Assembly: GCF_006345805.1 (NCBI RefSeq)
Contig: NC_043019.1
Coordinates: forward strand, 27,217,360 to 27,281,359
Direction: 5' to 3'
From: Octopus sinensis
Taxonomy: Eukaryota
DNA length: 64,000 nucleotides
Of the stretch, positions 11,960-24,744 are shown one piece after another (position 1 is the first letter of the stretch; the number at the start of each line of letters is the position of its first letter). The position numbers and the translations under genes are program-made. Below the pieces are notes generated by a model. The model did not search any database. It was not told the origin of the DNA and saw nothing but the letters and a program-made list of their open reading frames with translations.

Positions 11960-12575
11960 AATATCAATGGAAACAGTAGTTGTGATACCTGTGCCGGTGG
12001 CACATATAAAGCACCATCCAAACGTGGCCGATGCCAGCGCCGCCCCGACTGGCTTCTGTGCCGGTGGCACATAAAAAGCACCATCTGAACGTGGCCGATG
12101 CCAGCGCCACCCCGACTGGCTTCTGTGCCGGTGGCACATAAAAAGCACCATCCGAACGTGGCCGATGCCAGCGCCGCCCCAACTGGCTTCTGTGCCGGTG
12201 GCACATAAAAAGCACCATCTGAACGTGGCCGATGCCAGCGCCGCCCCGACTGGCTTCTGTGCCGGTGGCACATAAAAAGCACCATCTGAACGTGGCCGAT
12301 GCCAGCGTCGCCCCGACTGGCTTCTGTGCCGGTGGCACATAAAAAGCACCATCCGAACGTGGCCGATGCCGGACCCCCACTGGCACCTGTGCAGGTGGCA
12401 CGTAAAAAGCACCCACTACACTCACGGAGTGGTTGGCGTTAGGAAGGGCATCCAGCCGTAGAAACTCTGCCAGATCAGACTGGAGCCTGGAGCAGCCCCT
12501 GGCTTCCCAGACCCCGGTCGAACCGTCCAACTCGTGCTAGCGCGGAAAGCGGACATTAAACGATGATGATGATGA
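11960..12575 (+). mobile_element. SINE-like family B with six 67-bp 5' monomers
   Basis: Units start at 11991, 12058, 12125, 12192, 12259, 12326; then family body and (GAT)n tail. Confidence 0.9.
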
Positions 12576-12765
12576 TACTACAGATGCTTGTAGTAAGCTT
12601 CATAACCAAGTGGGATATTAAAATACAATTAAAGGTAGGATGTTTATGTTGTGTATCTAAGTGTCATTGTCCACTCCCAAACCAGCCCTAGCCGGGTAGA
12701 CTGAGCCTTAACCAAAGACCTTCCATTGACAACATTTTTTGCTCTTTGACATATAAGACCTCATT

Positions 12766-13160
12766 CAGGAGTGGCTGTGTGGTAAGTAGCTTGTTTACCA
12801 ACCACATGGTTCCGGGTTCAGTCCCACTGCGTGGCACCTTGGGCAAGTGTCTTCTACTATAGCCTCAGGCCGACCAAAGCCATGTGAGTGGATTTGGTAG
12901 ACGGAAACTGAAAGAAGCGCGTCGGATATATGTATGTATATATATGCGTGTTTGTGTGTCTGTGTTTGTCCCCCTAGCATTGCTTGACAACCGATGCTGG
13001 TGTGTTTATGTCCCCGTTACTTAGCGGTTCAGCAAAAGAGACCAATAGAATAAGTACTGGGCTTACAAAAGAATAAGTCCCGGGGTCGAATTGCTCGATT
13101 AAAGGCGGTGCTCCAGCATGGCCGCAGTCAAATGACTGAAACAATTAAAAGAGTAAAGAG
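12766..13160 (+). mobile_element. SINE family A
   Basis: Family match. Confidence 0.88.
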
Positions 13161-13554
13161 TATCCAATGTGAACATTCAAAGAGAGTTCAGTAATGATTT
13201 GAGGGAGATTTGGCTGTCACATTTAGAAATCATGTAAAGGATACCCTCCTGTGATCCTCTGTGTTGTTGTTGTTGTTACGTAGTCCTAAATCAGCAGTCT
13301 GCTACCATGCAAGTAGTTGATCAAATAACGAGGTGCAACTCCGACATCTATCTTCCTCGTTTCATTTCGTGTTTGTCTGAGAACCATTCAATACAACTCC
13401 ATCATCAAGCGTTGAATCATGCTGTATTTTCTTGCAGACAAGTGGAGATTTTCAGACCTAAGTTTACAACTAAAAGAGGTTGGTTTACTTATATTTCATC
13501 TTTACGCTACATGCTATGTTAACTTGGATGCTGGAATATACTGCATGTATGATG

Positions 13555-13885
13555 GTGCATGGCTCAGTGGTTAGAGCATCGAGCTTATAATTGTGAGGTT
13601 GTGAGTTTGAATCCCGGACCGGGCTATGTGTTGTGTTCTTGAGCAAGACACTTTATTTCACATTTCTCCAATTCACTCAGCTGTAGAAATGAGTTGCGAC
13701 GTCACAGGTGCCAAGCTGTGTCAGCTTTTACCTTTCCCTTGGATAACACCGGTGGCATGAAGAGGGGAGGCCGGTATGCATGAGTGACTGCTGGTCTTCC
13801 ATAAACAACCTTGCCCAGACTTAGGCCTGGGATGGTAACTTTCTAGGTGCAATCCCATGGTCAGTCTTGACTGAAGGGGGTCTCT
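13555..13885 (+). mobile_element. SINE family D (tRNA-derived)
   Basis: A box TGGCTCAGTGG, B box GTTTGAATCCC; matches 33872-34215 and 47195-47525. Confidence 0.85.
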
Positions 13886-14756
13886 GCATGTATGAACTAA
13901 TGAAGGAAACCTCTGTATGGTAGCTACACCTGTTAGAAATAGCAACTAAATGTCTTTTAGATTGCACTCTTTGGTTTTATATGTGTACATACTGTATCTT
14001 CCAGCATATAAATTAGTTTTCAGACCAAAATTTATAGCCCAAAAAAGGTTGGTCGACTTATACACCAAAACAATTTTGGAGGATCAGAAACTCCATGTGA
14101 AATGCAGCAGGATCTGGGAAGATAGCAATGATGTTCCATTGTTTAGGCTATATACTATGTTGACTTGTAAGCTGGAATATACAGTAAATATTAACAAACT
14201 ACTAATGATGCATAGGGAATTGTTTTGTGTTCTTTGCCGTTTATTTAGGATTATTAAATTTCAGAATGAGATTGAAACAGTAATCGCTCGATAATGTAAA
14301 GTATAGAAGCCATCTTATCATGGCTAACCACATTGGGGAGGGGGTGTTACTGTAGCTTTATAGCCCCAAGAGATCGTGGATTGTTTAGCAGATATTGAGG
14401 GCCCAGGCACAAGTAGCCTAACCCATGATGGATCTACTGTACAGTGGAATGTTAGTTTATGAATGCCTCTCATCACTACCAAATTAGTTAATGAACATTT
14501 TTTTTTCCCAAACAAAACATCTCAAGTAACAAACACACAATCTGGCAACAAGCTGGGAGTATCACAGGGAGAACATGAGTTGCTGTTTAGCTTTCACTCA
14601 GTGCACATCCCTGCTCATATTCACCGTGCTTTCTCTTGGATTTCCTCTGGGGGAAAATAGTTTTGGTTTACAAACATTTCAGGTATCAACAGGCCTTCAG
14701 AAACATATTAAATTCATTAACCAAGGTTTCTCTGTGTCTTGTTAGTATTGCTTTCT

Positions 14757-15334
14757 TATTTCTTTATTGCCCACAAGGGGCTAAACATAGAGGGGACAAA
14801 CAAAGGGATTAACTCGATTACATCGACCCCGGTGCATAACTGGTACTTAATTTATTGACCCCAAAAGGATGAAAGGCAAAGTCAACCTCAGTGAAATCTG
14901 AAGTCAGAATGTAATGGCAGACGAAATACCTATTTCTTTACTACCCACAAGGGGCTAAACACAGAGAGGACAAACAAGGACAGACAAATGGATTAAGTCG
15001 ATTATATCGACCCCAGTGCGTAACTGGTACTTAATTTATCAACCCCAAAAGGATGAAAGGCAAAGTTGACCTCAGCGGAATCTGAACTCAGAATGTAACG
15101 GCAGACGAAATATCTATTTCTTTACTACTCACAAGGGGCTAAACACAGAGAGGACAAATGGATTAAGTCGATTATATCGACCCCAGTGCATAACTGATAC
15201 TTAATTTATCAACCCCAAAAGGATGAAAGGCAAAGTCAACCTCAGCGGAATTTGAACTCAGAACGTACCAGGCAGACGAAATACGGCTACGCATTTTGCC
15301 CGGCGTGCTAACGTTTCTGCCAGCTCGCTGCCTT
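14757..15334 (-). mobile_element. SINE family C head-to-tail trimer
   Basis: Units at 14757, 14931, 15115; only the last retains the head. Confidence 0.88.
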
Positions 15335-16226
15335 TGGCAGACGAAATACCACTAATCATTTTCTGTTGGCCAAATGTGGAAACTTTGATTTCACATTGTT
15401 TGTGCATTGTTTTATCTTCCTTATGATATCTTCTTTGTGTGTTCTGAATGTGTCAAGTTCTCATTAGTAACCAACTACCTCCTTGTCGCCAGCGTTGTCT
15501 GCCAGTGTTGGTGGTAAGAAGGGAGACGATAGGTTTGGTAGGTATTACTTGAAGTTTATCACCGAGGCGCCAGGTTTCCTAGCAATTTAATTGGTGGGTC
15601 AAAGTCGTTGCACAAGAAGAGTCAGGTGACAAGTGAGAGAAAGTGTGAATTTGATGTCACCAACATTTAAAGCTGCCTGCATGTTTTGTGACCGTGTGGG
15701 GAGGTCATACCAGTATAAGCTGAAAGAGTGAATGAGAGGATAGGTTTTTATAACACACCATTCAAGAAATTACACAACACACAGCTGGTCCAGGAATCGA
15801 ACTCATTACCCCATGATTGCGTGTTTGACACTCTAACCACTGAACCAGGATAGCTATTGCAATATTCTGCGTTCTAACACGACATTACCGTTTGGTATTG
15901 AAACTGTTTCTATTGCTATTAATTACTTTATGATAAAACAGAAACTACAGGACCAAACACACACAGAGTTTAACTGGTTGTGGGGCAACCACATCGGATC
16001 AGCCACCCATCAGATCAGCCCTACAACCACCATATTATGGAAGATGGTTGTTATCTACAAGACAATGTCGTGAACTGTTGCTAACGTCTAAGATGTTATT
16101 CAGCCACTTCAGCAATGAACAAACTTAATAAATTGTTAATGTCAATATAATTATAGAACATTTGCTCTTTGTTTGCCACGGTGATTGTTAAAACGTAGCG
16201 AGTCACTTTGTAGCAATTTACTGTTG

Positions 16227-16236
16227 AAACCGGTTT
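16227..16236. promoter_or_regulatory. Perfect Grainyhead-type palindrome AAACCGGTTT
   Basis: Sequence match only, in non-repeat DNA about 5.9 kb upstream of the claudin-like ATG. Confidence 0.25.
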
Positions 16237-16445
16237 AGAATTAGTACAACTAGTGACATCACCTTAACTACTAACATTTATTTATATACACATTCACACA
16301 CACATTATGTATATATGTATTTATATATATATAATTATCTGTTCACTGGAATGCTGATTCACTCAGGTACTGAATTTTTCATTATGCATAATCCAAAATA
16401 TTAATAGATATATATCACAAAATATTTCTCTCTCTCTCTTTCTCT

Positions 16446-16489
<44 letters not shown>

Positions 16490-16958
16490 AATGGCTAGAT
16501 ATATAACTATGTTAAAATATTACGATTTTTTTGTGTAACACAATATGTAAATGTTGGCATACTAATTATAGATAATGTTAAGAAATTAATTTTCGATTTC
16601 TACTTTGTATATATAAATCATCATCATCGTTTAACGTTTCCTTTCCATGCTGGATGGTTTGACTGAAAACTGGTAAGCCAAGGAGTTGTACGAGGTTCCA
16701 GTCTAATTTGGAACTTGGTGCAACTCCCCGAGTTACCGATCTTCAGGCTGTTGTATAGTGAAACTGTACACCCTCCCAGTAAAAAGTGGTAGTATCCAGC
16801 CATTATAAATAGACCAGTAGCCAGTTGACAGAAGAAGGTTGAGAGTATGTGTAGATTGTATTGATAGTTGTGTCTGTACTGATAAAGAAATTACACTGCA
16901 ATGCTGGGTGGACTTTATAATGATCCAACCTTTTGAGGACAATAACAAAGAGCACATA

Positions 16959-16994
<36 letters not shown>

Positions 16995-16999
<5 letters not shown>

Positions 17000-17235
17000 T
17001 CATTTAGCGTCCGCTTTCCATGCTAGCATGGGTTGGACAGTTCAATTGGGGTTTGGGAAGCCAGAAGGCTGCACCCAGCCCAGTCTGATCTGGCAATGTT
17101 TCTACGGCTGGATGCCCTTCCTAACGCCAACCACTCCATGAGTGTAGTGGGTGCTTTTTACATGCCACCGGCACAGGTGCCAGACGTGGCTGGCAAATGG
17201 CCACGATCAGATGGTGCTTTTTACGTGCCAATGTG
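16995..17235 (-). mobile_element. SINE-like family B
   Basis: Family match. Confidence 0.82.
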
Positions 17236-17244
17236 CTTCTTTCA

Positions 17245-17745
17245 GTTTCAGTCTACCAAATCCACTCAGGGCTTTGGTCAGCCCTACGCTATAGTATCCA
17301 AACACACACACACATATATCTTTTGTCTTTTCCTTGTTTTAGTCATTTGACTGTGGCCATGCTGAGGCACCGCATTGAATGTTTAATCGAATGTATCAAC
17401 CCCAGGACTTATTTTTCATAATCCTGGCACTTATTCTATCAGTCCCTTTTGCTGAACCGCCAGGTTGCAGGAACATAAACACATCAACACCGGTTGTCAA
17501 ATGGTGGTGGAGCACACACACACACACACAAACACACACGCACACACAAACACACACACACACACATACATATATACATGCATACACACATCATATGACA
17601 GGCTTCTTTCAGGTCCCGTCTGCCAAATCCACTCACAAGGCTTTTGGTTGGCCTGAGGCTATAGTAGAAGACACGTATCCAAAGTGTCACATGGTGATGA
17701 ACCCGGAACCATGTGGGTGGGAAGCAAATTTCCTACCACTCAGCC
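17245..17745 (-). mobile_element. SINE family A, diverged or composite
   Basis: Diverged family match. Confidence 0.7.
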
Positions 17746-17856
17746 AAATTTTTTTCTTTCACCTTATATCTTTTTCTCCGTTTCACTCTTCCCACTAGTT
17801 TGTTCCCAGCTACAAAACGTTTAGTGCTTGTGTGTGTGTGTGTGTGTGTGTGTATA

Positions 17857-18225
17857 GGCACAGGAGTGGCTGTATGGTAAGAAGAGTGCTTATCAACCAC
17901 ATGGTTCTGGGTTCAGTCACACTGCATGACACCTTGCGCAAGTGTCTTCTACTATAGCCTTGGGCCGACCAAAGCCTTGAGTGGATTCGGAAAACAGAAA
18001 CTGAAAGAAGCCCATCATATATATATATAGGTGTGTGTGTGTGTTTGTCCCCCACCATCACTTGACAACCGATGCTGGTGTGTTTACATCCCCGTCACTT
18101 AGTGGTTCGGCAAAAGAGGCAGATAGAATAAGTACTAGGCTTACAAAGAATAGGTCCTGGGGTCAATTTGTTCGACTAAAGGCGGTGCTCCAGCATGTCT
18201 GCAGTCAAATGACAAATAAAAGAAC
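17857..18225 (+). mobile_element. SINE family A
   Basis: Family match. Confidence 0.85.
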
Positions 18226-18241
18226 ACACATACATATATGT

Positions 18242-18278
<37 letters not shown>

Positions 18279-19519
18279 TGTATGTATGCGTGTATATATA
18301 TATATGTATGTATGTACATATTTACGTACGTGATTGCATAGTGTGGTTTGGTGTGTGTACAGGGCTATGTTTGTTTGCACCTATATCGACAAGGAATAAA
18401 TGAAATACTAGTCATAAGGAAACCAGTTCTTTCGCACCGCTCCTATGTATTTCACATAACATACAATTTCCTATTGAGTTTTATGTGTGTGCGTGAGTAT
18501 AGGTCTAATATGTATGCACTCACCTCACACATGCACCAGGCACCTGTTACTTTTGTAACTACTCCAAACTCCTCCAATTGTTATTTTTTATTTACTTATG
18601 GCATTTCCTGGCAAATGATTCAGTGTAATATATATATATATATATATATATAAACTGTAAATCTGTATTTTTTTGATAGCAGCCAAGCTGGAGTACCGAT
18701 TTGAAAGGTTTTCTATTCAAAGAAATTGACCCCCAGGACTTATTATTTGTAAGCCCAGTACTTATTCTATCGGCCTCTTGTGCTGAACTGCTTAGTTATG
18801 GAGAGATTAACACACCAACTTTGGTTGTCAAGCAAAGGTGGGGGACAGACAGACAGACAATAACACTGAGTGGACTGGAACTGGAGGTATGTAAAATAAA
18901 GGGTCTTGCTCAAGGACACAAATAGCCACCAGGAATTGAACTCGCAACCTTGTGATTGTGAGCGAAGCACCCTAACCACTAACCCACATGTCTCCAAACA
19001 TGGGTATTATCATCTCTGTAATACCGGATGCAGGTATTTTGAAAATACAGGTATGCAGGTATTTCGAAAATACCTCGCAGTTTGATGAGTATGCAGGTCC
19101 GGATTAAGACCCATAGAGGTCCTATGCACTTAAACGATTTTGGTTCCTGCTCTGTGCCATAAACCATCTACCATTTCTGTGGTGCCCCTAGATGCCCTAA
19201 GCACATACTTATTTTGCTTACTAGCTAATCCATTTCTGTGTCCATTCCCTGCCTAGTTGAAAGTTGCCTTTTGGCAAGGCATAGCACCCATTCAGCCACC
19301 CTACCAGGGGTACAGCCACTTCACTTCTTTGACTGCATTGTGATAGTTCTCAATTTTTTCCCCCTTTTCTTTGCTATCTGCCTTGTTAATTTTATCCTCA
19401 ACAAAAATATTTGGTTTTCTTGCTTCCTCTTAATGAAGCAAATTCCATACAATCTATAATTTATATTTTCTATCAAGGTTTCTGGTTCGTCTCCATACCA
19501 CTCTTCTGTCTTGCAACTG

Positions 19520-19735
19520 ACTCAGCAACCTCACTGGTGCTGGTGCCACCAAAAAAAAAAAAGCACGCAGTACACACCGTAAAGTTGTTGGCTGTTGGAA
19601 GAGCATCCAGCTGTAGAAACCATGTCAAATCTGACACTGGAGCTCAGTACGTGTCTGCAGTTTACCAAATCCTATCAAACCAACCAATTTATGCCAACAT
19701 GGAAAACAGGCATTAAAGAATGATGATGGTGATGA
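19520..19735 (+). mobile_element. SINE-like family B, diverged
   Basis: Diverged family match. Confidence 0.68.
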
Positions 19736-19805
19736 TTCATTTACTTATATTTGTGTTGGTCCGGGTATTAGTCAATGTAATTATATCAAATTTATATACA
19801 TATGT

Positions 19806-20235
19806 GTAGGAGTGGCTGTGGGGTAAGTAGCTTGATTACCAACCACATGGTTCCAGGTTCAGTCCCACTGTGTGGCACCTCAGGCAAGTGTCTTCTACTA
19901 TAGCCTCGAGCTGACCAAAGCTTTGTGAGTGGATTTGGTAGACGGAAACTGAAAGAATCCTGTCATATATGTGTGTGTGTGTGTGTCTGTGTCTGTCTGT
20001 GTTTGTCCCCCACCCACCATTGCTTGACAACTGATGTCACTGTGTTTGTCCCCCCCACCATTGCTTCACAACTGATGTCGCTGTGTTTACATCCCCATAA
20101 CTTAGCAATTCGGCAATAGAGACCAATATGAATAAGTACTAGGCTTACAAAAAAATAAGTCCTGAGATCGATTTGTTCAACTGAAGGTGGTGCTCCAGCA
20201 TGGCCACAGTCAAATGACTGAAAGGAATTAAAAAA
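19806..20235 (+). mobile_element. SINE family A with short internal duplication
   Basis: TGTGTTTGTCCCC...CATTGCTT.ACAACTGATGTC occurs twice. Confidence 0.85.
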
Positions 20236-20361
20236 AAACGTATTTTGTATAACATCACTGCTTGTTCTATAACATGTTTTGTAAATATAAAAAGCTAATC
20301 TGATAAAAATTATAATTGTTATTGTTATCATATATAATGAAGAAAACATTTCATAATTATC

Positions 20362-20580
20362 ATCAAGGTGGCAAGCTGGCACAATCATTAGCATGCCAGG
20401 TGAAATGCTTAGTGGTATTTTGTCTACCGCAACGTCATAGTTCAAATTCTGCCAAGGTTGACTTTGCCTTTCATCCTTTCAGGGTTGATAAATTAAGTAC
20501 CAGTGAAATACTGGAGTCGATGTAATTGACTAGTCCTCTCCCCCAAAGTTGTTGTCCTTGTGGCAAAATTTGAAACCATT
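20362..20580 (+). mobile_element. SINE family C variant
   Basis: GACTTTGCCTTTCATCCTTT core. Confidence 0.78.
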
Positions 20581-21150
20581 ATTATTAATGAGAGAGCAGC
20601 ACATGCCATCAAAGTGATACTGGGGTACAATATACAAAGCCCAATATACCTATCATGACTACTTGTCTGATAAGGGTGCACTAGACACATGCGTCACAAT
20701 CATATGTGCGCAACATGGTGATCTCATACCAAGATAAACAGTGCATGACCTTGCAGATAGGACCAGTTAGAATTTTCTTCAGCGGGTAGTAACCCATCCT
20801 GCTCAAAAGGTCTTTGAATAAGAGTTGTTTAAGGATGTTGAATGAAACACACGTTTCCAGAAATGAATTATCAAACACCAAAGAATTCCTCTCAACACAT
20901 GGCTATGATGCTCCCCCACTACTTCTGCTCGTGATCAGAGATGCACATATCGTCAGCCTCTATGGGACATGCTCAACTGGTTAAGGTCAAACAAATGACT
21001 AGCAAATCTGTGGTATGGAGCAGAATATTTGCTGTAGCCCATCTTTTATACCAAGACAAAATAATGTACATGATAACACCTCCAATCAGTTAAGATCAGA
21101 AGCCATGAGAGCCACTGCCTGTTACTGCATCAGGGCAGTTATTATTATCA
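20578..21150 (-). mobile_element. Non-coding interspersed repeat (family F) with (TAA)n tail
   Basis: Tail at the left end; recognised as a recurrent octopus repeat from memory; single copy in this window. Confidence 0.45.
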
Positions 21151-21171
21151 TCATCATCATCATCATCATAT

Positions 21172-21660
21172 AAGGTGACGAGCTGGCAGAATCATTAAAA
21201 TTCCAGGCAAAATTCTTTGCAGCATTTCATGTCATTGCATTCTGAGTTCAAATTCTGCCAAGGTTGACTTTGCCTCTTTTCATTCTTTCAGGGTTGATTA
21301 AATAAATTACCAGTTAATCACTGGAGCTGTGTAGAGGCATGTGGCTTTGTGGTTAGGGTGTCAGAATCATGATTGTAAGATTGTGGTTTCGATTCCTGGA
21401 CTGGGTGATGAGTTGTGTTCTTGAGCAAAACACTTCATTTCACATTGCTTCAGTCCATTCAGCTGGTGAAAATGAGCAAACTTGTGATGGACCAGCATCC
21501 CGTCCAGGTGGGGAATATTTACGCCATTGAAACCAGGCAACCAGTATTCATGAGCCTGGTATGGCTCAAGAAAGGAACAATCACTGGAGCTGATGTACTC
21601 AACTTAACCCCTGCCACAAAATTGTTTGCCTTGTACCAAAATGTGAAACCATTTTTATTA
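21172..21660 (+). mobile_element. SINE C with nested SINE D (21330-21578)
   Basis: Perfect 14-bp TSD AATCACTGGAGCTG at 21316-29 and 21579-92. Confidence 0.85.
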
Positions 21661-22144
21661 ACGTCATTTTTTTTCTTTTTTGTTTTGCAGGAAAAAAATC
21701 TAAATCGTTTGAAAGAGCTTAAAACTCCACAGATAATGATCCTAATCTAGCAGTGATAATCAGCATATAATCTACTTGCAAATACCTGCTGTTCAAACTG
21801 TTTAATATCAAAGGAAAACGTATGCACAAACAACATAAGGATAGATCTTGTAAGATCTGCATAAATACAAATCTAACATTACACACACACACACATATAA
21901 ATACACATATATATAATCACAACAACCTATATATTATGCATATTCATAATTATCTATTTCCATCTATACTAAAAATTACCTCTCCATAACACACATACAT
22001 ACCCTACACAACCCTACATAGCACCCTCATTGTTATATTAAATAAAGACCAAACCTTACATATATAGATATGTACGAATGTATATATAGAGGCCCCCAAT
22101 ATTAATTGATATTTTTAAAAAAAGGTAAAATAAAACATAAAAAC

Positions 22145-22352
22145 ATGATTGTGTATATTTCGGCCTCAGCTATTTTGACAGTGGTAGCCACAGGTTTGCA
22201 ATTTGTTGGACTTTTCCTGCCAACCTGGTGGCGATCAATAAAAGAGAACCACAACTTGCAGATTTATTATTACTACGGAATCTGGAAATATCCATGGAAA
22301 GCAGAAGTATGCCAGGAGGATAAGTGCCATGAAGTTCCATATACAACCCTCA
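22145..22352 (+). CDS. Claudin/PMP22/EMP-like tetraspan membrane protein, coding exon 1 (TM1 + extracellular loop 1)
   Basis: ATG at 22145 is the first in-frame ATG after TAA 22103-05. Encodes MIVYISASAILTVVATGLQFVGLFLPTWWRSIKENHNLQIYYYYGIWKYPWKAEVCQEDKCHEVPYTTL: hydrophobic helix, then W...GIW...C...C, resembling the claudin-superfamily ECL1 signature. Donor CTCA|GTAAGT after 22352, phase 1. Confidence 0.85.
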
Positions 22353-22470
22353 GTAAGTTTCTGTTTTGTTTTGTTTTTTCCTTTTAAATAAAGTTGTTGT
22401 TAAACCATGGGTCAGCTCCAATCCAGTGCACCCATCATCAAAGGCATTCCAGCAAAGGCGATCTTGTCTT

Positions 22471-22912
22471 CATATTTTCTGGCATACAAGTTGATGTAGT
22501 TTGTATTGTAAACATTCAACCATCATCACTGTCTCTCCAAATCCTGATGCATTTCACAAGGAATCTACCTTTTTTGGTTGTAAATTTTGGTCAGAAAAAT
22601 CTGACTAAAAATTAGTATGTAGATATGTGGAGACAGAAGGGTGTAATTTGGAAGAGATTTAGCTACTATTTCTAACAAGGCTAGTGGCCATGTAGATGTT
22701 TCCTTTGTCAGTCCATGCTATATTTTCCTGCATACAAGCTAATGTAATAATTATAATGTAAACATTCAAACATTGTCTCTATCTTTCCACATGCTGCGTC
22801 TCACATGGAATTTTTGCTCCTCCAAAGTTGTCTTTGTATATAAAGTTAACCTACCATTTTTGGTTGTAAATTTCAGTCTGCCAAAACTCGACTTGTATAC
22901 CAGAAAATACTA
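22471..22912. mobile_element. Two further copies of the pogo-like MITE (22471-22620, 22718-22912)
   Basis: Share TATTTTC..GCATACAAG starts and the TTTTTGGTTGTAAATTT core with 23842-24033. Confidence 0.58.
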
Positions 22913-22969
22913 TATGTACATATATATAATACTGAAGGCGGGCAATCTGAAAGAGATTTGGCCATTTCT

Positions 22970-23202
22970 TATTTCTTTATTGCCCACAAGGGGCTAAACA
23001 TAGAAGGGACAAACAAGGACAGACAAACGGATAAAGTCGATTACATCGAGCCCAGTGTGTAACTGGTACTTAATTTATTGACCCCAAAAGGATGAAAGGC
23101 AAAGTCGACCTCAGCGGAATTTGAACTCAGAATGTAACGGTAGACAAAATACCGCTAAGCATTTCACCTAGCGTGCTAATGTTTCTGCCAGCTCACCGCC
23201 TT
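22970..23202 (-). mobile_element. SINE family C with 14-bp TSD
   Basis: ATTTGGCCATTTCT (22956-69) / ATTTGGTCATTTCT (23203-16). Confidence 0.88.
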
Positions 23203-23242
23203 ATTTGGTCATTTCTATCAGGTCTATCAACTGTCTCTAGAG

Positions 23243-23805
23243 CAGTGGTTCTCAAACTTGTCAAAAAATTTTACATGCTGGTCCCCTTACAGTTTTTTGA
23301 TGATTCATAGGCCCCTATAAAATGTAGGATAATCAACATGGAAAAAAATTACATGTGTACCATAATTTCTGGACTGTGAACCACACTGCCCATAGACCCA
23401 CAACCCCAAAAACCACAACTTGATCCAGGTGATGCCCTATTAGGATACAATAAATGCACATGAAAATATGGGAAATCAATTGATCAATTGGTTACAAAAC
23501 AAATGAGAAACGAAAACTACCAACAGCACATATACTATCAGTCATTATATCCACATATTTCTGATCAGCCAGTCACACTTGTTGTACAACAAGTGTGATT
23601 AGTAGATGTGTAGTTGTGGTGTGGGTTTTTGAGGCCAATGGCAAAAATTGTATAATAGCATGCAAAAAATGTAAAGTTTTGAAATTTTAAAACTTAACTG
23701 TCTTGAGTCACCCCAGTTTCATGATCCTTCAGTGTCCCGTTGTGATCCCCTAAAATCACTTTGCAGGGTCCTAGGGGACCACAGATCCCAGTTTGAGAAC
23801 CACTG
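23243..23805. mobile_element. hAT (Charlie-like) MITE
   Basis: TIRs CAGTGGTTCTCAAAC / GTTTGAGAACCACTG; 8-bp TSD CTCTAGAG (23235-42) / GTCTAGAG (23806-13), matching the NTCTAGAN target. Confidence 0.88.
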
Positions 23806-23841
23806 GTCTAGAGGTTTCCTGCATTGGCTCATGCATGCGTA

Positions 23842-24033
23842 CAGTATTTTCCAGAAAACAAGTCAAGGCAGTATATAGTGTAAACGTTCAAATATTGTCA
23901 TTATCTTTCTAAATCCTGTATTTTACATGGAATTTTTGGTCCTCCAAAGTTGTCTTGGTTTATAAGTTGACCTACTTCTTTTTGGTTGTAAATTTTAGTC
24001 TGAAAAATTCTACTTGTATGTCAGAAAATACAG
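23842..24033. mobile_element. pogo/Tigger-like MITE
   Basis: TA-CAGTATTTTC ... GAAAATACAG-TA. Confidence 0.62.
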
Positions 24034-24744
24034 TAACCCTTTTAAAACTATATATAAATGATAATTATATTTTTAATATATAACCCTTCTATTTATTTAA
24101 AGTTATTGATACAAAAAAAGTTGTTTATAGTAACTAATAAAAAGTATTCTATATTTATTGTTTATTGGAGGGAGAATTCTGCAATAAATATGAATAGAAC
24201 TTTAAAAAAAATTCTTTGTTTATTTAATTTATCGTAAGGAGAATTCCATAATAAATATGAAGATAAATTTAGAGCTACACTTCTACAAAAATAACCCATA
24301 GATATTGATTTAGGCTATAATAATGGATATCAAAATATTACTAGTTTTTTTAGACGTAATGAGATTAGAAGTTACTTAAATAAGAATTATTATATATTAA
24401 ATGTATAATTATCATTTATATCTTTTTACATGTTTTATTACAATTTCTAGTTTAAGTAAGATCCTGATACTTAATTATATACATATATATTGTTGTTGTA
24501 TGTTATTATAATAGCGAAAGATTGTCTTAGACATAAACGAGTTTGGATTGATATTATTTGAGGTGTATAGAAATATATTTCGATAGTTGTAAATTCTATT
24601 TAATTATTTTGATAATTATAATTTTGTTGTTTTTTTTTTAATTTTTAATGTAATTGATATATAGTTGAATGGCTAATGCTCATAACACATAAACACTTGA
24701 ATTAATTTTTTTACAGTCCAACAATTCCTTCATACACATATACA

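Noticed and set aside
11991-12125. HDV-like ribozyme fold in family B monomers
   Set aside because: The P3/L3-like hairpin has an 11-nt loop and does not abut P1; pairing is explained by the internal palindrome. No covariance search was run.
11991-12388. CRISPR-like array
   Set aside because: Units are contiguous near-identical 67-mers without unique spacers, inside a retroelement in eukaryotic DNA; no cas genes.
24050-24720. Mitochondrial insertion (NUMT)
   Set aside because: Hand translation gave no recognisable mitochondrial protein; not searched.
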